A DNA stretch of 64,000 nucleotides from Stegostoma tigrinum. Taxonomy: Eukaryota. Below are positions 39,929 to 51,369 of this stretch, one piece after another. The position numbers and the translations under genes were made by a program. The notes under the pieces were generated by a model, which saw only the letters and a list, made by a program, of their open reading frames with translations, did not search any database and was not told the origin of the DNA. How positions within the stretch are numbered: position 1 is the first letter of the stretch; each line of letters starts with the position of its first letter. The stretch lies in NCBI RefSeq assembly GCF_030684315.1, contig NC_081362.1, forward strand, positions 8,488,589 to 8,552,588, in the 5' to 3' direction.

Positions 39929-40899
39929 AGCAGCACTGCAGAACTTGTGTCCACAATCTCAGGATTGTCTCTACAGAGCATTACTGCAGGAAGCTATACT
40001 GTGGGCAAGGTCATCTTTCAGGTAAAGTCCGAATCGGTGGCTGTGTTGGCCTTGTAAGTGAATGCAGGACTTTTCAAGGTACAACATGGAGGAGCAGCAG
40101 CAGAATAGTTCCCTCAATCAATAACAATGAAGATAAATTGCTCATTCAACTCTTTGCGACGTACTGCTTCGCCCCCTGTGCTTACCTGCAAAACAAGCTA
40201 CAGCTCTTCAAAAATAATTCACTGGCAGCTGAAAGATTTTCATTGCACACTCGCAAAGTACAAGGGCTGAAGAGCACAATACAAACTGAAGTCCTTCTTT
40301 CAACCATGCACTGTTATAAAAGATGGCCACAAGAGAAGCCACGTCCTCCAGTCTATGAGTCAATAAGGTCTCCTCTGAAACCAGCCAGCACCATGGCGAA
40401 CTGTGTATGGCAGCTCCCGACCTCCAACTATTCATCTCAGACAGGGAGACCATCCTCACCGAGATGGATACATTGCAGTCTCAGTGCACGCGGTGCGCAG
40501 ACAATTTCTGGTGACTCTTTCATGCAGTTCGAGTCTGATTCTCCAGAACTCCGTTCATTATTCTCAATTACTGCCATCATCAGCGACAAGCAACAGGCAA
40601 CACTGGAATCCAGACCAGACTTTCATGTTTTTCCCTGCCTCTCCACCACCTCTTCCAGCTATTAACCACGAACTCTGTGCCTCCAGTGTGACTTTTGGTT
40701 CTTTAATTTCTCAAAGTGTCCCATGCATTGTTTCACACTGCTGTCATTAGTTAACCATCTCCACTCATCACTGGTACACTTTCTTTTCACGTGTGTGTGT
40801 TTGTGTGTGTGTGCGCATGCGCGCATTGAGAGAAAGATAAAATAATTATAGCTGAAGTTGAAGGGCGTCAGGAAGGTTTGAGTTCCACGGAGAGCCTGG

Positions 40900-41270
40900 G
40901 GCTTTTTTTTCACTGAGGGGTGACCTAATAGAGGTTTATACAATCATGAGGGGTGTAGAATGGCAGGCATCTTTTCCCTACAGTGAAGGATTACAACACT
41001 AGGGAGCATATTTTTAAGGTGAGGGACGAAAGATTTTGCAAAGCCATGAGGTACAATTTTTCTTTTAACACAGAGCGTGATTCATGTGTGGAATGAACTT
41101 CCAGAAGTGGCGGATGCAGCTACAGTTACTACATTTAGAAGACATTTTGATAAGTACATGGATAGAAAAGGTTTGGAGGGATATGTTAGGACTATTTCAG
41201 TTCTGGATTATAGTCAGCATGGACTGGTTGGACAAAAGTCTGTTTCTGCGCTGTATGACTCTACCCATGA
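40900..41270 (+). mobile_element. CR1 3' fragment
   Basis: IHVWNELPEV...TFRRHFDKYM. Confidence 0.85.
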
Positions 41271-41850
41271 CAAACCATCCACATGGACCACTGGAAATAG
41301 CGATCAGAATGGCCACTATGCCAATATAACATTTTAATCTGTTGACATCTCCATTTTAAAGAGTGGCACTATCCCAATAATAAACTGGAATGTGTTGTTC
41401 TAATGTCAAGATGGCAGCCAGATGTCTGTGCGTGTTCAGATGGCTGTGACACATCACACCACTCCAAAAGAGGCTTCTGACCACTCCTCTCACCAATAGC
41501 CACATCTCTAGATGCCCCACTGGCCAGTGCCCTCCACTACCACCTCCTCACCCCACCTTCTCCACCCACCCCCCCCCCCCGCAACTGCACCCCATTCCCA
41601 GCTTGCCGATTGTCGCCTGGCTCATTCCTTCTCTCCGGGAGCGAGGCAATGAGGGAGACATTGGGTGGGGAACCAAAGGCTCTTTCTGAGTGCACCACTG
41701 AGTCAGTGGGGTACCAACGGTGCACCAACTCAGGCACCTCTGAATAACGCCACAGATGTCTTAGTAAATTCTGCTACACCATAATGTGCAGTGATTTCAG
41801 GGAGTCAGAAGTTTAACTCTCTTCTCTGTAGATGATTATATGAGTAGTTC

Positions 41851-42155
41851 ATAGAAAAAAATCCCACAATCCCTACAGTGTTGGAGCAGGTCATTTGGCC
41901 CATTGAGTCCTCACCAACCCTCCAAAGAGCATCATATCCGGAAGCAACCCTCCAGCCCATCCCTGTAACCCTGCATTTCCCATGGCCAATCTACCCAACC
42001 TGTACATCCTTGGACTGTGGGAGGATACTGGATCACCCAGAGGAAACCCACGCAGACATGGGAAGAACACACACAGACAGTCATCCAAGGCTGGAATCAA
42101 ACTTTGGGCCCTGGTGCTGTGAAACACCAGTGCTAACCACTGAGCTACCATGCCA
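41851..42155 (-). mobile_element. HE1 SINE
   Basis: Head, V-domain and tail present. Confidence 0.88.
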
Positions 42156-42198
42156 CTTTGTGGTCACATGGCATTAAAAAAGCTCCAATTCTGTGCAA

Positions 42199-42394
42199 GA
42201 TAACAAAGTGTGGAGCTGGATGAACACAGCAGGCCAAACAGCATCTCAGGAGCACAAAAGCTGACGTTTCGGGCCTAGACCCCTGGACCCGAAAGTCAGC
42301 TTTTGTGCTCCTGAGATGCTGCTTGGCCTGCTGTGTTCATCCAGCTCCACACTTTGTTATCTTGGATTCTCCAGCATCTGCAGTTCCCATTATC
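42199..42394. mobile_element. Palindromic family A mini-element, 14-bp TSD
   Basis: TSD cca(a/g)ttctgtgcaa at 42185-42198 and 42395-42408; near-perfect arms of ~75 bp. Confidence 0.93.
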
Positions 42395-42531
42395 CCAGTT
42401 CTGTGCAAACATGATAACCAAATGATCGAGCAGCAAGTTTGGCAATGAATGCAGCCAGTGTAAATAGCGACTCTGGTTAGCAGGGCATCTGGTACACACT
42501 TGTTAACAAACATGTACTGAATTAGTGCTGG

Positions 42532-42697
42532 GATAACAAGGTGTCGAGCTGGATGAACACAGCTGGATGAAGAAGAGTCCAGACCAGCAACATCAGCTTT
42601 CCTGCTCCTCTGATGCTGTCTGGCCTGCTGTGTACATCCAGCTTTACATCTTGTGATCTCAGATTCTCCAGCATTGGCAGTTCCTACTGTCTCTGGA
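42532..42697. mobile_element. Asymmetric palindromic family B mini-element, 14-bp TSD
   Basis: TSD tgaatt(a/g)gt(g/a)ctgg at 42518-42531 and 42698-42711. Confidence 0.85.
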
Positions 42698-43293
42698 TGA
42701 ATTGGTACTGGTGTCTTCAGCAAACTGCCAAGTTATTTTCCTAGGCCCTTTTTTAAAGACCTTCTATCTTCTCTGCTCCAAAAAGGCTGGAATTTAATCA
42801 AACAATAGATATGTTTCAGGGGAAAAATATTGATTTCCTGTTGCTGACATTTTCCAGGTTTGTTGCAGAAGCTTTTTATTGCCTTTCACTTTGCCCCAAA
42901 TAAGAAGATTCGGTGTTTGAATAAAGTTATTCAAAATGAATTTTCAATTCTTTTAATTGGAAGAGATTATCCATCCTCATTCCCGTGTGGATTACTACTG
43001 CTTTTGAAGCTCTTTTGAAGTAGAATTAATTATAAGTTTGGTGCAGTCAACTGACCACACAATGCAGCCCAAAGGCAAATGATAGAAACAAGAAAAGAAT
43101 CTGCAGTTTTTTTAAAATTCATTCAAGGGATGAGGGCATCACTGGCTAGGCCAACGTTTATCACTCGTCCCTAACTGGCCAGAGGGCAGTTAACCACATT
43201 GTTGTGGGTTTGAAGTCAAATATCTCCTAGGCCAAGAATGGATGGTAGTTTCCTTCCCCAAAGGATATTAATAAACCATCCTCTGCGATACAT

Positions 43294-43463
43294 GCGGCCA
43301 AGCAGCATCTTAAGAGCACAAAAGCTGATGTTTCGGGCCTAGACCCTTCATCAGAAAAGTGGTGTGGGGAGAGGGTTCTGAAATAAATAGGGAGAGAGGG
43401 GGAGGCGGACCGAAGATGGAGAGAGGAGAAGAGAGGTGGAGACAGGAGTATAGGTTCCATTAT
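43294..43463 (-). mobile_element. Penelope 3' UTR and terminal-repeat fragment (family A) with hammerhead, 13-bp TSD
   Basis: Matches 28995-29165. The minus strand reads CTGATGAagggtctaggcccGAAACatc. TSD ctctg(c/t)gatacat at 43281-43293 and 43464-43476. Confidence 0.9.
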
Positions 43464-43519
43464 CTCTGTGATACATCCTCTTGTTCTTACTTTCCACACA
43501 CATACGAACATTATATATG

Positions 43520-43740
43520 GAGAGTTAAAGGAAAGTCACCACTGTCTTACCGTAGAGCTGCTCTCTGGTCAGAGAGAGACAACTGGTGGTGGTTTAACCT
43601 GAGCACTGTCACACCTCAGGCGATGGGAGAAACTGAGAAGGAGAATCTTCATGGTAACATGAGCAGATGCAGGAATTGAACCCACACTGTTGGCCTCACT
43701 AAACATTTCATACCAGCCATCAAAGCGAACCAACCCCCAT
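43520..43740 (-). mobile_element. tRNA-derived SINE-like repeat (family not firmly assigned); second copy at ~59340-59556 (+)
   Basis: Both copies share the core cttctca...cgcctgaggtg..tgac...aggttaaac..caccaccagtt.tctctctct. Confidence 0.6.
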
Positions 43741-43979
43741 TATGTTTATACACATGTACACAGTATAAGCCAACACACTGTCCTTCAGTATTTCTGCATA
43801 AAAAGACACATTGTATTGAAGCTTTTCACCTTGCACTCATCAGGACAATTTGCAAGAATACCAAAGAACATGGGAACATGGTGCATTACACTGGCGCATT
43901 CTCCAATAGCAACACACTTAGGAATAGTCAACCAATCTGCATATTCTTGTCATACTGTTTAGAAATGTTGTTCTCCACT

Positions 43980-44700
43980 TATTTGATTTGATTTGATTTA
44001 TTCTTGTCACATGTACCCAAGTACAGTGAAAAGTCTCGCCCTGTCCGTCTTCTCTCCCACCTATCGGCTCCTCTATCCACCTTCTATCACCACCTACCCT
44101 CTCTCTATTTATTTCAGAGCCCCCTTCCTCCTTCCCCATTTCTGAAGAAGGGTCCAGACCCGAAACGACAACTTTCCTGCTCCTCTGATGCTGTCTGGTC
44201 TGCAGTGCTCATCCAACTCTACACCCTGTTGTATCAGTGAAAAGACTGTGTTGCATGTTATGCACATCATAACATAAAGATCATAGGGTGGTAGACCAGA
44301 GTGAGGAGTATAAAGTTACAGCTGCAAATAAGGAGCGCAAAAAGCAAGATCAGCATTAGATTTGAAATTTGAGAGGTCCATTCAGAAGTCTGATAACAGT
44401 GGGGAAGAAGGAGTTGGTATAGACGCTTAAGCTTTTATATCTTCTGTCCTAATGAAAGAGGTTGGAAGAGATTACAACCGGGGTGGGAGGGATCTTTAAT
44501 GATGTTGGCCGCTATTCCATGGTTTCTCGAACTGGAGATGGAGTTAATGGAAGGAAGGTTGGCTTGCATGGTGCACTGGGCCATGTTCACAACTTTCTGT
44601 AGTTTCTTACAGTCCTGGGCAGAGCAGTTGCCCTAACTAGCTGTAATGCATCTAAGTAGAATGCTTTCTGTGGTGCATCTCTAAATGTTGGTGAGAGTCT
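43980..44700 (-). mobile_element. Rex1/Babar-type LINE 3' end containing a nested Penelope terminal fragment (44037-44234, +, 13-bp TSD)
   Basis: Homologous to 48240-48735, with an (atttg)n tail. TSD cagtgaaaag(t/a)ct at 44024-44036 and 44235-44247. CTGAAGAagggtccagacccGAAACgac at 44142-44169. Confidence 0.8.
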
Positions 44701-45262
44701 TTACTCGAGTATTCTTGCAAATCATCCTGATGAGTGCAAGACAAAAAGCTTTTGCAAAAACTTCTGTACGCAATACTCAAGTCCCGTCTGGCCAAATGAT
44801 ATTTTCCTTCCACAAATCAACACACAATGATTTCATAAACAAAATGAATAAAATCTGATGTGCAATGTTTCAGCATGCTATATTTCTTTGGTGATTTAAC
44901 AATCTGAACTAGAGCACATAATAAGAGTCAGGAGGATTAGTTTCCACATGCAATCAAGTCTGCAAGTTCAGCCAGACATGTTTTCGAAAATATTGTAAAT
45001 AAATCCACAATGACAAATGAATAGCTCAGTTATGAAGTGATGCTACATTCTGCTCAAGCACAGCAGTGGGATGCAACAATCCTGAATGATCAGCTCTGCG
45101 GTGAGGAAGATGAGCCTCTTAATTCGCTGATGTAATTTCCTGGCTTGTTAATAGCATTAGTCACAAAAGAAGACAACTGCAGTGTGTTTCATTGGAAGAC
45201 AGGCATTACTGATGGCTAGAACAGATGTGAAGGTGTGGGTGTTGGATGAGGGTGGACAATGC

Positions 45263-45369
45263 CAGAAGGCACACGACTCCACATTATAGTCCAAAAGGTT
45301 TATTTGAAATCACAAGCTTTCAGAGGTTCACCTGATGAGGGACTATAACCTGGTGTTTTGTGACTTCTG
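45263..45369. mobile_element. Short palindromic element (family F) with split hammerhead remnants
   Basis: 30-bp inverted arms at 45263-45292 and 45340-45369; internal cacaagctttc (reverse complement GAAAGCTTG) and cCTGATGAgg. Confidence 0.6.
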
Positions 45370-48239
45370 AAAATGGCTACAACAGAGACTGGCCTGTAAC
45401 TTACTGAGGCCAAAATAATCTTTACTGACAATTTTGAATTCAACCTACACAACTGTAATTTTAAATGATTCATGTGGAGGAAACTTAATTTTATTTCTTC
45501 AGTCTTGCTGGGTCATACATGAATGAGGGGCATTATTGGCCTCCAAGCTTCTGTCAAGGCTTTGGTTGAACTGGTCACAAGATTGGAGACAGTAGAGATG
45601 ATATGCCCTCCTGCAACAACCTTCCCTCTCTTCATAGATTGTGCCAGCATTTATTGCCCATCCCTTGTTGCCTTTGAGAAGGTGCTGGTGAGCTGCTTTC
45701 TTGAATCACTGCAGTTCATGACCTGTCAGTAGATCTACAATACCCCCAGGTAAGGAATTTCAGGATTTTGACCCAGCGATAATGAAGAAATAGCAATGTA
45801 TTTACAAGTCAGGGTGATAACAGCTTTGAGGGGAAATTGCAGATGATGGTGTTCCCATGTGTCTGCTGGTATTGTCCTAGATGGAAGTGGTCAACGGTTT
45901 GGAAGGTGCTATATAAGGATCTTTGGTTAATTTCTGCAGTGCATTTTGAAAGTGGTACGCACTGTTGTTACTGAGCGTTGGTGATGGAGGAAGTGGTTGT
46001 TTGTGGATAGGGCGCCAACTAAGTGGGTTGCTTTGATCTGGATGGTGTTGAGCTTTGAGTGCACCCATCCAGGCAAGTGCGGAGTATTCCATCACACTCC
46101 TGAGTCGTGCCTCTTGGATGGTGGACAGGCTGTGTCAAGAAGGGAGTTACTCAATGTAGAAATCCTAGCCTTTGAGCTGTTTTTGCAGCCATTTGATGTT
46201 GCAAGTGCTCATCCACGAACTTATTAAAGACTGTGAGATTTTCCTGCCTCAACCATCCTCCAAAGCAGCAGAGTCAAGATTCCCACCAAACTTCTGGTTG
46301 AGAAGAATCTTTCCTCAAAGCCCCTCCAAGCGTCCTGCCTTTCACCTTAAACTGTGGCTCGTTGTTTGTGGCCTCATTCACTTTTTTCTCAAGATTTTTC
46401 AAATTTCAAACGGAGGAGACAGGGGAGATAATGACTTGTCAGATAAACACGTTAGATCAGCAAACAAAAAGCAGCAAACATGCACACACAGCAGCAACAA
46501 AGATGGTACACATTACCGTTCAACTCTGGATTAATGCATCTGTCGCCATTGCCAACGCTTGGCATTAGGAATTTGATTAAAAAAAATTTCTTCCGACTGA
46601 TGCCACAGTTACATCTAGGTCAGAGTTTACTCAGTATCAGGCCGCTGCCGTCTGCAAGGTATCAATGATACACAAGGACAGCAGTTAACACTGATCCCAG
46701 TTGGCACACAGCTGCTGGCTGTGGGATTCACCAGGGTCAATTCAGAGCAACATGGCTTTCAGGAATATCGGCCCAGAGGGGAAGCAAGTCACATTTACTC
46801 TCAAATCTGCTCAGAGGAGCTCCTTCAATTTTAAGGACTAAATCCAATTTGCAACAAAGATGAAATGTTAAAATTACCCTGAGGATAACTGTACCTCTTC
46901 TCGTACAGCTTGCAAAATAAATATAGTGGGGCAGTTCAGTTACTCATGCATTGCCTGTGGTTGATTTGAGAGTGGGGTTAGGCCACTACTGTGCTAGACT
47001 TTGAACTGGAGAAGAAAAATCAATGCCAGAAGCAGCTCGGGGGCATGGAGAAGCCAATTTAATTTGATGTGAAACTCTCAGCTCGGGTCAGGGATAAAAC
47101 AGTGAACAATGCATGATTCACAAAATTCTTTTTTGTGTCCAAAACATGACTGTGTCTCAATCCTGGTTCTGCCATGAGTAACAATTGCCTGAAACTGAAA
47201 CCAACAAACCTTCTGGCTCAGCTAAATGCCAAGCCAGTCATGTTGAAAAGGCACCTGGTCAATGTGTCCATTGATTTTGGGGTTGTTTTATAGGAAGCTT
47301 TGTGCATGAGATCACATCAAAGCAGTTCAGAGAGCTAAAACGCAGAGGTCTGTTCTAGTGCCCATCCTTCCCAGTGTTTGTAAATGATACAGAGTGAGGC
47401 TTGTTTTTCACAATGTTAATCATGACTGATAACACTGAACTATGAAGCAAGGTGAATAACATAAAGCAATTGTTTGAAAAGTGAACACACTGACTTACAT
47501 TTACATTGCACTGTAATCCAAATGGTTGCTGTATTTTAAAGAGCTGGGGTCATAGTTGCTAAGTAAATAAATGCAGACTTTTATTGTGTTTTTTGAAGCC
47601 ATAAGACATCCCAAGAACTTTTACCACTGCTTTGGAAGCATAGCCGCTGTTGTAAGGTTGGAAATAAGGCAACCAATTTGCACACAGCAAGCATTCACAA
47701 GTTTCAATGTTACAATGTACAAGCAAAGTAATAATGTTCAGATAATCTGTTTTTATAATATTGACTGAGGCATAAATATTGTCCTGGACAATGTAGTACC
47801 TTGCTTTAACATCCCATTCTCAGACAGGCTCCTCAGGCAATGTAGCACTCCCTCAGCACTACAGTGAAAGGACATCAACATGGAACACTAAAACCCTCCC
47901 TCCTCTCCACAGATATAACTAGCGCTGCTTAGCACTCAGCATTTCCTGTTCCAATTACTATTGGAGTTGATATTTTGCAGTAGTGCTCAAGTAGGACTTG
48001 AGCTTACAACCGTCTCACTCAGGATTTTATTTTTAAAAAAGCAACCTGATGAAGGCCTGCCTTCAAGATCCTCCTACTGCAGAGATAAGGTCACTGCTGC
48101 TGCAACATGACTGCTCGTTTCTGGCTCAGGAAATCATACGCCCGAACTCACCCACCTGTGATGCCTGGTTTAAGTTGGTTCAATAATGGGGCACAATGAA
48201 GGATTAGAAATTGAAAGCATCTGCTTCCAACTCATTTGC

Positions 48240-48735
48240 TTATTTGATATATTTTCAACACATGTACCGTGATACAGTGAAAAGTACAGTTTTACATGCT
48301 AACCAGACAGATCATACCTTAAATAAGGACATCAGGGTAACAGAGCGGAATGCAAAATTTAGTGTAACTGCTATAGAGAGGTGCAGAGAGAGATCGACTT
48401 CAATTTATGAAAAGTCCATTCATAAAACTGATAACAGTAGGGAAGAAGTTGCTCTTACATCTGTTTGTATGTGTTTTCAAACTTTTGTATCTTTTGCCCG
48501 ATGGAAGAGGACGGAAGAGAATATAACCGGGTGGGTGGGATCTTTGATTATGTTGGTTACTTTCCTGAAGCATTGGGTAGTATAGATGGAATAAATGGGT
48601 GGAAGGCTGATTTGTGAGATGGGCTGGGCTATGTTCACACTTCCCTGCAGTTTCTTGTGGTCTTGGGTATAGCATTTGCCGCACCAAGCTGCAATGCATC
48701 CGGATTGGATGCTTTCTATGGTGCATCTATAAAAA
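48240..48735 (-). mobile_element. Rex1/Babar-type LINE 3' end
   Basis: The minus strand encodes FYRCTIESIQSGCIAAW...IIKDPTHP and LPSGKRYKSLKTHTNRCKSNFFP, typical of the Rex1 ORF C-terminus. Confidence 0.82.
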
Positions 48736-49872
48736 AACTCCTTCCTTGAGGTAGCTTCTCTGTTCTGCCCATCTTTCCAGAGAATTACTGCAAGGCCTCA
48801 GATAAAGTATTCTTGCCAGACAATGAGAAACATATAAAAAACATGGTTTAAGCAAACATTTCCTTCAGTGAGACCACTTTCTCTTCACTTGACTCTTGTG
48901 CCCAAAAATCTATTCAGCAGCATTTAGACTTAGCAAGATTAACTATATTTTGAAGAGATCAAAGCGTGAAGATATCCTGTGTATAAACCCTCTGCCATAA
49001 TAATGCAGAAACAAAATCATTCCAGAGATTTTGTTCCCCTCTTGCTAATGTAAAAGGAGCAGATATTGCATGCTGGAATGATTGCAATAACTAACAGAAG
49101 GAACATGCACTCTCATTTAACACATCCATTTTACAAGCAGCTTTTTGCTCATTTCTTCCACACAATCTTATGCTGTCATATATCCGGGCTCAGACCATTA
49201 ATCACAGAAAACAATGTGCAAGAACACGAAAACTGCCAAACTGAGAATTACTGTGGTATTTTCTGGCAATGAAAAGCATTTGATAACATACAACAAATAA
49301 TGTCTTTTTTGAACTTTGAGAAGAACTCTCTCCTGGTGAATAAATAAGAAGTCACCATCACACTGGACCTGATTTATAAATAATTCAGTGAATTTTGACC
49401 AGCATTAAAGTATAGAGAGCTATTTAACAGATACCATGAAGCAATTCTAAATGAAATCGGTTCAGGAACAGAAATGTGGAATTCAGTGACTATAGAATTA
49501 CCAATGCACTGTTCATACCCATCTATTTCTATCTTTGTACCAGCACACAATTCCACACTGGCCGCAGCTTATATGCTGCCGAGCCTCTCAGTTGTGCCTT
49601 TCTCCCTTCTACCGTTTACCATTCTCTCTCTCCCTCTTAATCGGCTATTTTTCATTCCATGAACTTGAACTCCATGAAAACTGCATTTCTCTTGCAAAAA
49701 TTGCACTCCACTTTCACTTCTGCTCTGGCTCCCAGTTAAGCAGCGTCTCACCATGAAAAACATTCATTCTTGCTTTCAAATCCAATATGGACCCATGTCT
49801 CTCTATCATCTCCTCTATTCCACTGATACCAAGCCTATTGGATATACCTTGTTTTGTGACAACCACCACAAC

Positions 49873-49884
49873 TCCCCCCCCCCC

Positions 49885-49940
<56 letters not shown>
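49873..49940. repeat. Poly-C run followed by (CA)25 microsatellite
   Basis: Directly visible. Confidence 0.97.
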
Positions 49941-49944
<4 letters not shown>

Positions 49945-50264
49945 ACCATGTCTTCACAAATGCTAGGAATTCCCCCAACCTCTCCAACCCTCTCTTTCCT
50001 CTTTCAACTGCTCCTTAAAAAGTACCTCTTACCAAGCTGCAAGTTATCTGCTTTTATATCACCGACCATAACTCAGTTTCAAACATTTGTTCTGTAACTT
50101 TTTGAGGAAAAACGCTTACTCTGCTTTCTCTTCACAGATGCTCCCAGATCTGCTGCACTTTTCCTGCAGCTTCTGTCTTCCAGCATCCACAGTTCTTTCA
50201 GGTTTTCATTTGTTTGATAATGTTTGTCTGATGTCGCCCAAAGATGACATTTTATTGCAGAAAA

Positions 50265-50575
50265 AGTGAATAGCCAAGGTCTTTTTCCCAGTGTAGGGAA
50301 GCCCAAAACTAGAACGCGCAGGTTTAAGGTGAGAGGGGAAAGGGACCGAAGGGACAGCACTTTTCGGCAGGGGGTGGTGCGTGTATGAGATGAGTTGCCA
50401 GAGGAAGTGGTAGAGGCAGATACAATTACAACTTTTAAGAGGCATCTGGGTGGTTACATGAATAGGAAGGATTAAGGGGGACATGGGCCAAATACTGGCA
50501 AATGGGATTAGATAATTTAGGATACCTGGACGAGTGGGACTGAAAGGCCTGTTTCTATGCCGTACAACTATGACC
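50265..50575 (+). mobile_element. CR1 3' fragment
   Basis: Homologous to the 4125-4597 copy. Confidence 0.85.
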
Positions 50576-51217
50576 TTAAAAGGGAATACACAGTGCAAGT
50601 TGTTCTTGTAGGTTTTGAAACGCGAAGTGCAGCGCATAGCTCAGAAATCATCTCACTTTGCTGGTCTCCGGTTATCATCAAAGAGTCAGTGACAGTGTAT
50701 GCAGTTCTACAGTGGCTGCCTAGTAACCAGGATGTCACAGAAAATGTGCCATTTACTTTGAGAAGCTTCCATCAGTCACCCTGCATCCAGCTGGGGTGGA
50801 AAGATGATGTTTTCATCCTGTGGATGCAGATCAGTGCGTTAGATGGCACAGCAAGCCAGATATCAAAAGGACTCTGTGCAGACAGCTGTGGGACATTTTC
50901 TCTCAGAAAGTGACATGGAAGAAGGCTGGTAACAGATTGATTTATACTTACGACCTTCAAGGAGACACTGCAGAGCGAAAGCAGAATTGCAGCACAACAG
51001 CAAAATAATCACTTCATCAACGTACAGTAACCAACCTTCAACTTGTCCAAAAGGTAAAATAGGTCTGAGCAACATTCAAAGAGAATCGTTTCTTTTAATC
51101 ATTGTGGGTATTGCTGGCCCGGCCAGCAGTTATTCTGCAACCCAACTGCCCTGAGTCAGCCACATTGTTGTGGGTCTGGAGTCACATGTGGGCCCGACCA
51201 GGTAAGGACGGCAATTA

Positions 51218-51369
51218 GAGATAATGGGAACTGCAGATGCTGGAGAATCCAGGATAACAAAGTGTAGAGCTGGATGAACACAGCAGGCCAAGCAGCATCT
51301 CAGGAACACAAAAGCTGACGTTTCGGGCCTAGACCCTTCATCAGAAAAGGGAATATCCTTTTTCTGATG
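51218..51369 (-). mobile_element. Family A Penelope derivative with short inverted arm and 14-bp TSD, inserted in a SINE
   Basis: TSD aagga(cg/ta)gcaatta at 51204-51217 and 51370-51383. Confidence 0.9.
51315..51346 (-). ncRNA. Minimal type-I hammerhead ribozyme motif (best-preserved copy)
   Basis: The minus strand reads tt-CUGAUGA-A-GGGU(cuag)GCCC-GAAAC-GUC-ag: intact core, stem II, loopless ACGU stem III and a GUC cleavage triplet. Activity untested. Confidence 0.7.

Noticed and set aside
48045-48068. CTGATGA followed by a gaaggc/gccttc hairpin
   Set aside because: No GAAA box or cleavage triplet, so it is not a hammerhead.
50945-51030. Signal-peptide-like IILLLCCNSAFALQC and a possible 16-nt microexon on the minus strand
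   Set aside because: The nearby ATG is out of frame and stops immediately, and there is no independent support.
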